Origin: Octopus sinensis
Lineage: Eukaryota
DNA length: 64,000 bases
Assembly: GCF_006345805.1 (NCBI RefSeq)
Contig: NC_042998.1
Location: forward strand, 57,474,001-57,538,000
Reading direction: 5' to 3'
In this document: one piece after another, positions 1 to 13,000 of the stretch
Numbering within the stretch: the first letter of the stretch is position 1
How the letters are laid out: each line of letters opens with the position of its first letter
The notes under the pieces: generated by a model
The model's database searches: none
The model's input: only the letters and a program-made list of their open reading frames with translations
What the model was told of the DNA's origin: nothing
Program-made: the position numbers and the translations under genes

Positions 1-803
1 GACACACATATATTTAGTAGAAGAGAAAGTAAAGTTGTATTGTCCATAACTTTTCGAAGCTTATTGACGTTGTAATTGATATCGTGTGGCTTAGCGTCAG
101 ACAATGAAACGGCGCTGTTTTCCCAGGGCTGATATCTTATTATAGGAAATATTCTACTCAAATATTCTTAAACAATGTGTTGAGACGTTGCAAGACTTCC
201 TGTAATCAACCACTTCACCAATGATAGCATCATTATTTAGCATCATGATTTCTTCTAAACGAACGACTTCTTCAAAGAGGGGATATATACAGCATAATAT
301 CGTTTATTATGGTGTATTACTGCTTCTTTTCATAGTGATCATTATATGTAAGACTATCTAATATAATTATGTGTAGCTTCTAAATAATCACTTCTGCTAT
401 CTTGTGGCGCTGCAAACCAAGGTATTTTCTCAACCCAATCTTTGCTTCAATTATATTCTCATTTCATAAAATTACCATCTTATTCTCAACTATATCAATG
501 GAAATGATTTTTTTCTTTTCTTGTTTTACTCCCTAAATGAGTATGGAATCTAATGCTGCACAATGCTGGGAGAGAATTATTTTTATTCCTACCTTAGAAT
601 ATTTCTCTATATTGTCTTTTGAGTTTCTTTCGTATTTTTCTTTGAGGATTTTTCCATTTCAGGAATTTTTTCCCTTATGACTTCCTTTCAAAGTAAGATA
701 TAAAAACTTGCTATTAAAATATAATATCGAACCTCCGCTACGCTTTTATCAATTTTCTCTCAATTAGTGATCATCTAGTCAATACTTTTTTCAATCTTTT
801 AAG

Positions 804-994
804 TTTTACTTGTTTAAGTCGTTGGACTGCGGTCGTGTTGGGACACCTCCTTCAAAGGCTTAATAGAACAAGTCGACTTCAGAGCCTATTTTTGAGTCTG
901 CTATGTGTATTATCCCGAGCTCTTTTAATGAACCGCCAAGTTACTAGGACGTAAATAATCCAACACCTGTCGTCAAACGTTTACAGGACATACA

Positions 995-1043
<49 letters not shown>

Positions 1044-1190
1044 CACGACAGTTTACGTGTAACAAATTCTCTCGCAGGGCATTAGCCGATCCGGAGCTAC
1101 AATAGAAGATTGTTGCCCCAGGTACCGCACAGTGTGACCGAGCACGAAACCACGTTGTTGCAGAGTGAGTTGTTTAACCCTACAAGTGCT
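804..1190 (-). mobile_element. tRNA-derived SINE with internal (CA)n, decayed
   Basis: Collinear with the better preserved copy at 38866-39266 (ttttacttgttt.agtc..ttgactgcgg ... gaacc.c.aagttac..ggacgtaaa ... (CA)n ... gcccc/aaggt.cc.c.cag). Confidence 0.75.
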
Positions 1191-1756
1191 TCCATCTTTC
1201 TTTTGCATTATATTATATAAATCTTACAAGCACTCCGAGTATCGCCATTTGAATAGAGCAGTAAATTCTTAAAGGATATCATAAACAATATTTTGAAAAC
1301 ATATATGGATCAACTATATAGTTTGTTTTTGTAACTGCTTCTTTCTTATAGATCGTCTCTTATTTAATTGAATCACCCCCGAATACTGGGTTACATATTC
1401 TGTGTCAATTAAATCTAGTTGTTTACTTAGAAAACTGGTTTGTTTTCGCCAAGTTTGTTCCCCATTACATTGTTTGAAGCATTAAATCTAAACAGCATTT
1501 ATTCATGAATTCATCCTTGAAAACAAGGTAATTTACTATTTTTCATAATTTCTAGGAATGGAAATAAAATCTATGATCGATATAAGAAAATTGCATTTCC
1601 AAATAGTTATTACTGTAAATTGCTGGCTGTCATATGGAATTTTATGCGAAATATAGCCACTTCATTTAATATTTATCGCATTTTGTCGAATGAAGACATT
1701 TTGGTTCTATACATTGTGAAGAAAAAAAGAAAGATCACAGTATCTTCCTTCTTTTT

Positions 1757-1764
1757 CTTCCCTT

Positions 1765-1839
<75 letters not shown>

Positions 1840-1850
1840 TATATATATCA
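1757..1850. repeat. (CT)n-(AT)n microsatellite
   Basis: Direct reading; source of spurious IY-repeat ORFs. Confidence 0.95.
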
Positions 1851-2045
1851 AGTGACCGCGTGAGTACCGTTGGCGATTTTTTTTCCTCCGTCTTCCCTTC
1901 TTTGGATCTTTCCTTTTCCTATTTTCCTGACGAAAAGCTCCGCTCGAAACCTTAAACCCTCCTTCTTTCCTTCTTTCCTGAGCGTCCAATAACACTATAC
2001 TTGTTCCACGTCCACGCGTTGATGTGTTTTCATGCTTGGATTAAC
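1851..2045 (+). mobile_element. Short (TA)n-flanked element with a degenerate hammerhead-like core (Penelope/retrozyme-type remnant)
   Basis: CTGACGA(1927-1933)-a-aagc-tcc-gctc-GAAA(1946-1949). Stem II has a mismatch, and stems I and III are weak. Confidence 0.4.
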
Positions 2046-2246
2046 TATATATATATATTAAATATTCAATATTTCATATATTGAATAAGACAATCAATAC
2101 TTCATTTCATTTTACTATATATGCTATTTATACTATATATTCTATATCCTACATTAATATTATAAAGAATATAAATAAAACATAAAAAACAGAGTTGGAA
2201 TTCCCTTGAATATATATATCCCTCTATACACAATCATACAAACCCC

Positions 2247-2255
<9 letters not shown>

Positions 2256-2328
<73 letters not shown>

Positions 2329-2380
2329 GTATATATATATATATTTATGTATGTATGTATATATATATATGTATATATTA
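2256..2380. repeat. (AT)n/(ATGT)n microsatellite
   Basis: Direct reading. Confidence 0.95.
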
Positions 2381-2759
2381 ACAGAAACAACCTCCATGGA
2401 CTGACTTGAAAGAAGCTGCCAAATTTGTAGTATGAATATTAAATTTATTTGCTTAGATTGTATTGACCATAAGTGATGATTGTTAACTTTCATGTAGACG
2501 ATAGAGCTGTTTTCCTCTGGCCATCATGAGTACATATAAACTTCTGATCTATGATCTATAGTATTTCAGTCTATGAATTAAGCAAATATCGCATAGACTT
2601 TAGCTTATGTATAGTACACAAGATAAGTAAATAAATGTTCGGGGAAAATTAAAAACATATTTACTATCATTTACAACAAACAAAAATACAAATAGTTTTT
2701 CTTAGACGAATATAATGTGACATTGACAATATCCATTCAAAATTATTAATCATTCTGCA

Positions 2760-4330
2760 AATTTTAATTTGCTGATCATATGGTAAAAAATTCCTTATAG
2801 ACAATGCTTCGGGTTTTACCAGTACGAGCAAAAATGAAAAAAATTGTTCTTGCTCCCCACATATAACTGATCGTGTGAGAAACATTCCTCTTCTAATTGC
2901 AAACTAGCGACTTTCGAAGTCTGACCTTTGGACATATTAATGGACATCGCAAAAGACAAATGTATTGGAAACTGAAGTCACTTCAACTCGAAGGGCATAT
3001 TGCAAGGTATTAAATGTAAGCGAGAAATAAAAGCATCTTCACAGCCAGAAATTATTGTGGCCTGTATGACATTTCTCACTGATTCCTTGACAAGGCTTGT
3101 GATATTGCACAGCTTTGGTTGAGAAAGGTTGCGCAGAAGCATGATTGAAATGCCTATTTTCAATGGAAGGTAATGAGGAGAAGCTTCAGGTGGCTGCAGT
3201 GAGTTTAAGAACTCAACCAGGTAACTGACTATTTCCGATTCATCCACAACAGAGTCTATAGATTTGTAAGTATGTTTGTTTTTGATAACCGTTTCTCGAG
3301 TCTTTCGTTTAAATTATTCACCGTAACGTTCTTTGGTGCCATGATTGCTCTTTCACACAACCAAACAGCATTTGTGAAATTTGAAATTATGATCAAAGAA
3401 CATTTCATGAGAATTTGAGCTAAAGACCAACTAATATTTACTAATATTGCAGAGTTTTATAATTTGAAGTTAGATTGAAAGGTAGCTTCAATACTGCGTG
3501 AGCTGTTCGATCTCCTGAGAGTAAAGTTGCAGGAATTCCTGAGCTCGCTACAGCTAAGGCTATTTCCTTTTTCTGCTGGAATTTGGCTAGCACTAAATTT
3601 CTAACAAAAGTTTTTCCAGTTCCACCTGGTATATTTAAAACATATAATCCTCCCTTCTTACGTGCCACTCGGTCAATGATCGTTGTATATGCAAGTTATT
3701 AGTCTGGCAAAAGTTTCGGGTCATTTTCTTTAAGGAATCTTGATAATGAATCAATAGCATCTGAAGTTTCTCGCAAAACTTCTGTGATCAAATTATTCCC
3801 CTCATTTCAATGAATTTCGGTCAAGCCAAACTTGCTGAGTTCCTTACCTCCCGTTGAGACCATCCGATCTTTAATATCAACCAATGCAGAATTATATATG
3901 GTATCGTTGAAAGCTATTTCCCCCATCTGAGAACCTTAATTGTGCTTGATATTTGTAGTCTTTTGATAAATTATTCTTATATCTATGCTACAAAACTAAT
4001 TGATTACTTACTTCACAATTCAGGGTGAGAATCGCAAAGAAAGATTTCTCAAAGAGATATGTGTGCGTGGCACTGATGCCTCAACCTTTGTTCTGTCCCA
4101 CTGATTGTCCTCTTCCAACAAATTTAAGGCTAAACAGGCTTCCCTATAAGTACGAACAGTTTGACTATCAATCATTCTTAGGAAGGAGAAAGAAGTCGGT
4201 CCTCTTATTTCATGAAGAAACAGCCTCGAAAAGAAACATTCATAGTGACTCGGGTGCACAGAGTAAAATCTTCCGATTGTCGAGTCAAATGATTTTATAC
4301 TTGGATGAACCTCAAATTCAGCTCTTCTTT
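2760..4330 (-). mobile_element. Helitron RepHel relic (PIF1-family helicase plus Rep-helicase linker), with frameshifts, stops and an internal deletion
   Basis: Minus-strand fragments: HPSHYECFFSRLFLHEIRGPTSF...TYREACLALNLLEEDNQW (4020-4259); GGTGKTF...AVASSGIPATLLSGDRTAHAVLKLP (3441-3668, Walker A and motif Ia); [32 protein letters not shown] (2978-3247); and by hand below 2978, *LQFPIHLSFAMSINMSKGQT...CFSHDQLYVG. All are characteristic of Helitron helicases. Confidence 0.92.
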
Positions 4331-5066
4331 TTTATTATAGCAATATAAAGTAATAGAGGTTATTAGTTATACACACAGTACAAACACAAACACACACGCA
4401 CGCACACACGCACACACATTCACACAACGACGCACATGATATTGTGTGTCGTTATATTACGTATATGTCATGTCTACAGAAGAGTGCCCCACCGGATTTG
4501 TTTCAGATGGATACTTCATAATGAAAGACATTCCAAATAATTTAACATAGTAATTTAACATAGTGTAAAATTAAAAAAATTCCGAAGCCAAAACTTCCAA
4601 CATTCTACTGATTTTTGCTGTTGACAGAATGAATTTACCAAAAGTGAGTTTTTGAGGTCACTACTGTATTTTTACGGAGAATGAATAAGCGGCCTTCAGT
4701 GACCCAATTATCCCCACTTCCAACAATAGAGGATGTCGTGCCTACGTTTGTCTGTGACATTTATAAAGGAAATTTTTATTGTCTACTGGTAAATGGTAAT
4801 GAAATGATTTGTGGTCAGCTCAGTCTTCTAATTTATCAAGGTCATTTAAGATGAAACCAGTTCACAACATTTACCTCTATAACTATGCATGGAAAGGGAA
4901 GCGAAGTAGGAAAAGGAGAAGATAAATTTTTTAAAAATAAAACAAATAAAGAAGAAAGCTCACCCAACCGTTAATAATTACCACAATATTGAGAGAGGAA
5001 AAGCAAACGACAAAAGAATTAAAAGCTATGGGGACAAAGACTTAAATCACGACTTTGGGAATCATT

Positions 5067-5109
<43 letters not shown>

Positions 5110-5115
5110 TGAAGA

Positions 5116-5172
5116 GCAGCATCTGTGTGCTGATGAAGAACAATAACCCAGAAACCGGTCCACAGATGTTGC
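5116..5172 (+). ncRNA. Degenerate type I hammerhead ribozyme motif
   Basis: gcagcatctgtg(tg)-CTGATGA-agaa-caata-accca-GAAA-ccg-GTC-cacagatgttgc. It has a 12-bp stem I (offset by a TG duplication), palindromic stem III ACCGGT, a CAATA loop II and a damaged stem II. Confidence 0.65.
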
Positions 5173-5794
5173 TTTGTGTTGGATGGGGGTACTGAGCGTC
5201 CCTGTTCGAAAGTATAATGACACAGATATTGTGTCATTTAGCCAGCTGGAAACGAGTTTCCCGAGGCTAAATAACAGTAACATTTGTCCCACCCATGACT
5301 GACACCTTATGTTAGCAAATGATCTTTACTTTATATGTGTATATATACATACAAATATATATGTGAGTATATATATATATATATATATTGTCCAAGAAGA
5401 ATCAGTGCATAAATCTTAGTTTTATTGATCTGCTTCTCTGGGAATACGAGTGCTATAGTTAAAAATGTTTTCTTTTCCAAGTAAGTTCAGAGGAGTCACC
5501 ATTACAAGAGAATTACAAGAGACACGCAAAAAATCAGAGCGTGTTTTACTGGTTATAGTGTGTTAATGAGTCACCGTTTCTCAGTTAATGGGTTCTTATG
5601 GATGTCCAGAATGTGTGTAAGTAGACGTAGCACACTAATAATGGCGGTAATGTCATGTTCAATAGCCTGAAACATTTCTTAGATAGTTTCTGGACCTGAG
5701 CGATAAGCCTAATACGTACAATGAAGATCAATGCCTCTTTCTCTCTCTCTCTCTCTCTGTTTGTCTTTCTCGGTGTGTGTGTGCGTGTGTGTGT

Positions 5795-5818
5795 GTGTAT
5801 ACACACACATATACATAC

Positions 5819-5904
<86 letters not shown>

Positions 5905-5920
5905 TGTGTGTGTGTGTTTA
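5795..5920. repeat. (TG)n-(TA)n-(TG)n compound microsatellite
   Basis: Direct reading. Confidence 0.95.
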
Positions 5921-6184
5921 TAACAGTGCACTTACATATGTATATAACATATGGTATACTTATAAACGGCAGTTTTTAGCTATTTCTACGCAGGTAGCAT
6001 TGACAGAAAAACATCCAGATAGACGATACAAAAAACAAGGACGGGTCATTCGAAGCTTTCTATCCTCAATCAAGAACCCCAGATCATCCTCGCAATTTCG
6101 GCTGACTAATCTTGAGATTGCTCTAATCTGGCCAGCCCAAAAGAAAATGTTACACATATATATATATGTTACACAAATATATAT

Positions 6185-6217
<33 letters not shown>

Positions 6218-6220
<3 letters not shown>

Positions 6221-7074
6221 CATTATATAAAAGGGCTTAGTAAAATAAATTACTTTGCCGCATACTGAACTCATTAGAAATAGCAGCTAAAAAAACTTTT
6301 TAAAAACTATTTCCAATACTTAAAGAAAACCTCTCTCATATAGTGTTTGCTCAATTCAACTCACGCAAATATGGGGGTAGAGACATTAAAGTAATTTATT
6401 TTACTAAGCCCTTTTATATAATGTAATAATTTGAATTCGCCTTAAATGGTCCCTTTGCATACTGAATACTTGGTGAAATTGATTAATTAATTAATTTTAC
6501 CCTCAATTGTTGAAATTATAATTCATCTCTCTCTATATAATGCCGCGGATTTTACCGAAAAAAGCATAGTGTTTACTGATTTTAACCCACGCTGGTGGAA
6601 AGGGGAGAGCAGAAATTCTTCGCTTGCATTTTTGAGTTTGTTGGCACTGTTAGTTACGAGCAGATCTTCAGAAGCGAGAGGAAGCCGAAAGGGTATGCTC
6701 CTACTTTCAGTGTTTTCAAATCCAAACCAGGGAGTTTGAGCTGGTGATAGAAATGTCGAATTTTGACTAATCTTGAAACGTACGTTCTCAAATAACCTTT
6801 GCACTTGATTTTTTAATGTCTCTACCCCCATATTTGCGTGAGTTGAATTGAGCAAACACTATATGAGAGAGGTTTTCTTTAAGTATTGGAAATAGTTTTA
6901 AAAAAGTTTTTTTAGCTGCTATTTCTAATGAGTTCAGTATGCGGCAAAGTAATTTATTTTACTAATCCCTTTTATATAATGTAATAATTTGAATTCGCCT
7001 TAAATGGTCCCTTTGCATACTGAATACTTGGTGAAATTGATTAATTAATTAATTTTACCCTCAATTGTTGAAAT

Positions 7075-7078
<4 letters not shown>
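6218..7078 (+). mobile_element. Non-coding retroelement: 558-nt unit with 133-nt terminal direct repeat and a 173-nt inverted copy, flanked by (TA)n (Penelope pLTR/retrozyme-like)
   Basis: Direct repeat 6388-6520 = 6946-7078. Inverted repeat 6218-6390 vs 6812-6984 with one mismatch seen. Hammerhead-like motif at 6735-6792. Confidence 0.8.
6735..6792 (+). ncRNA. Candidate type I hammerhead ribozyme with A6G core and imperfect long stem II
   Basis: tttgag-CTGGTGA-[tagaaatgtc gaatttt gactaatctt]-GAAA-cgtacGTT-ctcaaa. Stem I is 6 bp perfect and stem III is palindromic (ACGTACGT). Confidence 0.55.
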
Positions 7079-7109
<31 letters not shown>

Positions 7110-7216
7110 GCATCTATAGACATATATGCATATGTATATATACGTATGTATGCACATCTATGTATTTATATATACATATGTATAATATATATATATATGT
7201 ATGTATATGGATATAC

Positions 7217-7281
<65 letters not shown>

Positions 7282-8504
7282 CGTAAGTTCCTTGAAGGGT
7301 AGAAAGGTGGGGTGATTCCAACGCTGCATTCATCACAAGCTTTAGACTATTTAGTCAGTCGGATTCCAGTCTTTCATCGAAATTATTCCATAAGGTGGAA
7401 CGAAATATGCAGCTTTCAAGATTGGTAACCACGAATCGATAATTAGTTGCACATTAGAGTTACAAGAATGTTGTATAAGGAACTTTGCGGTCAAATATTG
7501 TTTTTAGACTCCGCAACGCAATTAAGAAATTTAAAAAAATCTCTATTTTGGGTCGAATCTTCGTAACGAATACATATATCTACATCATAGAATACAAAAC
7601 AGTAAACATAGTATTCCAAAGCGGTTGCATACCAAGTTCTAATACAATTTTTTAATAACTTGAGGTTCCGCATTGAGTATAGTCTGAACTTCTCTCCAAT
7701 GCCGCTGCAACGGTTTTTGCGTGTGAACGTAACGTCATACGTGTGTGAAATTTTCTGCTTTGTACCTTGATTTAGTCCCTTGTATTAAACTTAACCACGT
7801 GTTAAATTTAATGTTGTTCACATTTAGTGATGAATCGCCCATATTTGGTGCTTTGCTAATTACAAGGATGTGCTAAAATGTAGTTAAGAAAGATCCTTCA
7901 ATTAAATAAATTGTCAAGATTGTAGCAGAAAAGATAGTTCTTTGGTAAAAGGCATCCATCCTTTGTGTTACGATTGATTCAGTTAAACTGAAAATCTTAA
8001 ACATTTCTCTAAAGTACCAAGCATTACTAAAGTCTGTGAAAAGTAGAAAAAATGTGCCATCGTTTCAAACAAAGCCTAATATGTTTAAAAACAATGCAAC
8101 ACATGATTTATTTGACATTTCCTGGTCCAAGTGCAATTGCTTTAAACACTACAGTTGTAGTAAAGAAAAAGAGCACCACAGAGAGAATAAGATTTTTTAC
8201 CGGATCAACGGACAATTCGAAAAATTATCATTGACGGAATAGATCAAGCAGTATCTAAATAGAACGTTCAGAGGTTGATTAGAAACAAATTGGCCAAATC
8301 ACAGTCGCCCTTCTACGTCAGCAAAATAAATTGAATCGATAGTGAATCAGTGAATCTGGAAATGGATCCGCATTTTATTTGAATGTGTGTGTAATCCAGA
8401 TCTCATGTAACACATATATTCGTTGACCCAGTATTAAAAATAATAAAGAAAACAAAGTCGAAAAGTCTATTTATTTCACATAATTTCAAACCACGATATT
8501 AAGG

Positions 8505-8778
8505 TAGCCAGTTCAATTCCAGGCGACGTGTTGAGTCCTTGAGCAAGACACTTTATGTCACGTTGCTCCAGCCCACTCATCTGCCAAAAATGAGTAGTAC
8601 TTGTATTTCAAAGGGCTAGGCTTGTCAAACTATGTGTAACGCTGTGCTTCCTGAGAACTTCGTTATGGGTACACGTGTTTATGGAGTGCTCAGCCACTTG
8701 CATGTTAATTTCACGAGCAGGCTGTTCCGTTGATCGGATCAACTGGAACCCTCGTCCTCGTAACCGACAGAGTGCCAA
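8505..8778 (+). mobile_element. tRNA-derived SINE (5' A box lost)
   Basis: B-box-like gttcaattcc followed by gtccttgagcaagacacttta..cacgttgctcca, a typical post-tRNA SINE segment; ends at (TA/TG)n. Confidence 0.7.
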
Positions 8779-8784
8779 TGTCTA

Positions 8785-8794
8785 TGTATATATG

Positions 8795-8835
<41 letters not shown>

Positions 8836-9028
8836 ACATATGCATATATATTTATGTATATTGTTGCATACATATGACTGTGTGTATATATGTATATATA
8901 CATATATGTACATATACATATATACGTATATATGCATGTATCTATGTATATGCATATATATATATATATATATATATGCATGTATGTATGTATGTATGCA
9001 TGTATGTATATATATATATATGTATATA

Positions 9029-9089
<61 letters not shown>
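8785..9089. repeat. Compound (TA)/(TG)/(TGTA) microsatellite array
   Basis: Direct reading. Confidence 0.95.
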
Positions 9090-9092
<3 letters not shown>

Positions 9093-9635
9093 GGTTGTCC
9101 TGAGAGTTCGTGCCGATTTATAGTAGTTTACCTTTCGACTTATTTTAAAACATGGTTCTGTAAATAAAATAGGATTTGACTACACCTCCATTTAGAGCAC
9201 AGGTTAAGCTATCTTTTCGTGGAAGAAAGTTTATGTTCCTATAACCTGTATTAATTCTGTAACCCAGGAAGATAAGAAAGTTCATTTTCGGCACCTGATG
9301 CTTTGAGAACCAGACAAAAATTGCTGCAGCTTTGCTGGTATGTGATACTCCACCCTTCATATTCACCAGGTATTGCTCCTTCGGAGTTCCACTTATTCAG
9401 ATGTCACCAGAATAAAATTTCAATTCTTTGAATGACGTAAAAAGATACCTTGATGAATTCATTGCCATGAAACCACCTCAATTCTGGGAAGAGGATATTT
9501 ACAAGTTAAAGGAAAGATGGAGACGCATTGTGCAATAAAATGGTTCCTATTTGGTTGATTAAAAATGTAATGGCAAGTATTTATTGACCTTTTTCTTTCT
9601 TTTAAAAATCGGCACGAACTTTCCGGACAACCTAA
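9090..9635 (+). mobile_element. Internally deleted mariner element with both TIRs and TA target duplication
   Basis: TIRs tttggttgtcctgagagttcgtgccgattt (from 9090) and aaatcggcacgaactttccggacaacctaa (to 9635), flanked by TA. Internal YSPGIAPSEFHLFR (YSPDLAP motif) and C-terminal YLDEFIAMKPPQFWEEDIYKLKERWRRIVQ*NGSYLVD*. Confidence 0.9.
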
Positions 9636-9651
9636 TATATATGTTTATATG

Positions 9652-9759
<108 letters not shown>

Positions 9760-9769
9760 TACGTAGCAT

Positions 9770-10095
9770 CAGATTGAAGGATTATGTCGGTGAAATCAAC
9801 CCACAGTACTTACTTTTCTTCTAATGCCTGAAACTTATGTTATCCGTCACTTTTGTCGAACTCTTATGTTTTGGGTGTGTAAACAAACTAAGATCTGTTT
9901 TTAAACGGTCTGTGTGCGGAGACAAACTTATGAATGCGCCCACCCCCACACACACAAATACACACACGGTAGTTTTTTACAACTCCAATCTATTAGAGGC
10001 ATCGGTTGCCCTGGGCTAAAGCGGAAGACAGTTGCTCAATATGCCGCCCAGTGGGACTGAATCCGAAGCCATGAGTTTGTGAAGAGAACCTAACC
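9770..10095 (-). mobile_element. Old decayed SINE (same family as 38866-39266)
   Basis: Residual ttttgtcgaac...gtaaacaaac, (CA)n, and gaagacagttgc.caa..tgcc.cccagtgggactgaatcc. Confidence 0.5.
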
Positions 10096-13000
10096 ACACA
10101 AACATGCCTTTACTTATATTTTACGGACAAACTTCCACAGGTGTTTTTACTGGGGCATTATAAAAGAAATTTTTAGAAAGAGAACTTATTCTTAAAGAAA
10201 TATTTTGTTTTAAAAAATATTAAAATTACTTTTGTAACTAGATCTTTTTTTAATCCTATTTTTCGTAGGATCGAAGCATTCAATCAGTCGCCCTCTTCCT
10301 ACGATATGTACTTCAGTGACATTGATGTTACTTTTTAATTAGGCATAGAAACGTCTTACATTGCAGTGGTATATGGCACATTTCAAACATTGAGGCGGTG
10401 ATTGACATTCGAAAATTCGCAGTCAAAATAACCTGAAACCGAATCATACAGTCCGAAGAAAATGGAAAGGCACATTTGAGCTAATAATACGAAATATTAC
10501 TGTATACATTATGCCTCTACAAAGTGAGATACGCATACTTTGAATATCATTGGTAAGTTTACTCAATGAAGGCTGGCTGGCGTAGGGCTAAAATCACAAC
10601 TCATGCTTTAGGTTTGTAACAGAAATGACATTGCCTGGCTTTTGTTTTCGTATAGCCGAACATTAACTAACTAGACAGTTTCTCTCACTAGATGAAGTAA
10701 TATTATGTGATTATTGTAGAATTCAGATCAAGTATCTCAACGTAACAGATGGAATAGCCTTTTTAGGAACAGGAAACTGGTCAACGAGCATAGTAACCAA
10801 TGCTATTGAAGCCAGACGAAGAAAATCAATTTATTAAACCTAATAACAGAAAGCGAGGAACAGGTTGTGTTAGGAAGCAAGCTAAAGTTGAGAAAAATTT
10901 TATTGTTTAAGGAGAAAAAATGATCAAATTGGACTTCCTCTCTATTTCCGATCAAGTCAAAATAAACGTCGAACGAATTTGCAGTGGAAATATTTTTATT
11001 TTGTTATATTTATTGTCAGAACCAGCGTTATTTCCGGATGTATTATTCAGGCTTAAACGTAATGTAAGCTGTGTAGGCTGCTGCCGAAGTACTGAATAAC
11101 TTGTAACAATTCGTTTCATTTAATTTTCCGTCTAACATGCACTGATTTCTTTCTCTTGCGACATTATTTAATGTCCATTTTATTTTTTTATTTTTACATT
11201 CCCAAGAATTTGGATGACATCTTATTTCAAAAGACATGTATTTCACTGAGAATGAAAAAGTAGAAATTAAATGAATAAATAAATAAATAAATAAAAAAGC
11301 AGCTCTTTATTAAATTCAAAGCAGAAGCAATTTCAGAAGGCAATAATTTTGTAATGATGATTTTAAAATTTGAATGCAACGAATTTTATTTAATTTTTAT
11401 CATTTGTTTTAAAATCAAAATATTGAATAACGTTTTCATTGTAATTGTAATGTATAAAAAATGGTTTTAAAAGCCACATTTTAAATTAAATATCAGTAGG
11501 AATATCTAACCACAATACTCAACATTAATTTTCAATGTTCAAAATGTCTCATATTGAATGGTCTTTAGAAATTGTGCAATTTCCAACCACAGTAAAAACT
11601 TGCCGCAGATGAACAAGTGAATAAATTTTATGTTGTTACCAAAAAGGGCATTTTATTTCTAGTTCCTTTATTGGATTAAATTTATAGTGAATTTTGTCCT
11701 GTGTTGCTAGTAGAGTCATGTTAATAGAAAACAATGTCTATTTCCCTAATTTATACGCTTCAGATGAGTATTTGAGTTACCATGTACAGTACCAGAGTAA
11801 ACGTTGGAACTAGCTAAGGGGCCAAGTGGATATATCATTTACAGTACGGAAGGTTCAGCAGTACCCTCGCCAGTGTTGAAATATATTCATGACCAAAGCA
11901 ATAAACATACCAATAACTCAGTTACGATGTTGTTAACTAAAGAATTCTTGAAAAACTAGCACAAAATTGTGGTTTTACAAACCAGAGAATCGAAGCAAGA
12001 CATAGAAAAAGCAAATTGTATAGTAATACAATGTCCTTATTTGTTTTGTACGGACCAGCCGCACACCAAAACAAGAATATTCATACGGAAGATATTAGAT
12101 GTTTATATCCTAACAGCTATTTATATTTCCTCATAAATCTCGCATAAATTTCTGGTTTTTCGCTTAGTTTTTTACTAATTCATAATTAATCAGTGAACAA
12201 AAATGGCGAACACTTTCGATTCGCTAACACAAGATATTTGAATGTCTGAATGAAATTAATATATTTATAATTACATAACATTTAGATGTATCCTATCTCT
12301 GATGATTATCAGATATTTTTCGGGAGAAGTAGAGAGTTTCGGACTGGATTCCAACTAGGAATCTCTACAAAATTGCACAACCCCCTTTTTAACCTCAGTG
12401 GGCATAAGGATTCCTAGTTTCAATGTAATAAGTTACTATAAGCCACCTAATATCCACTGGAGGGGAAAATGATAAAAACATAGAATTGATATAAATATTT
12501 TCAACTCTATAGACGAGAACGATACTAAAAACAAATATCAATCTATCAGTTATACGAATTTTATATTTTATAAAAAGTACAGGTAAGATTTGGCAGTTTA
12601 AATCTTCCAGGACTTATTTGTAATTTATTTTGTCGTCGTGCGCAGATATCTATATATTTCAATTTTCCATACATACCAACTCTATAATCACCGTTGAAAA
12701 CACTTTAAATATTATTTCCTTCCTTATATTTCATTCTTTTTAGAACAATATCCTTAAAACCTCTTTAATACAAGGGTCTTACAATTTATTTTCATGTTCA
12801 GTGAATATAAAACTTTCTTCCTCACAAACCGACATTTTGCTCTTCAGATGAAGAGATCGCGAGGCTGGTTGCTAAAATTTAACTACCTTAAATACTCGCT
12901 TCTATAAGTTCAATTTCGATTTAACAGACTTTTATACATATATCGGCTTTAAAAATTGGGGCCCCATGTTGTTTTCTTTCTTTGGTGGTTATGTGTTTGA

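Noticed and set aside
2565-2600. agtctatg...catagact hairpin as the 3' end of the Helitron relic
   Set aside because: Long AT-rich loop and no CTRR terminus at the expected spacing.
6523-6855. 110-aa minus-strand ORF in the 558-nt element
   Set aside because: No RT, GIY-YIG or other motif; it is antisense to the hammerhead and likely incidental.
12353-12419. 11-bp inverted repeat aactaggaatc/gattcctagtt (possible pre-miRNA or MITE)
   Set aside because: Pairing does not extend beyond 11 bp, and there is no TSD.
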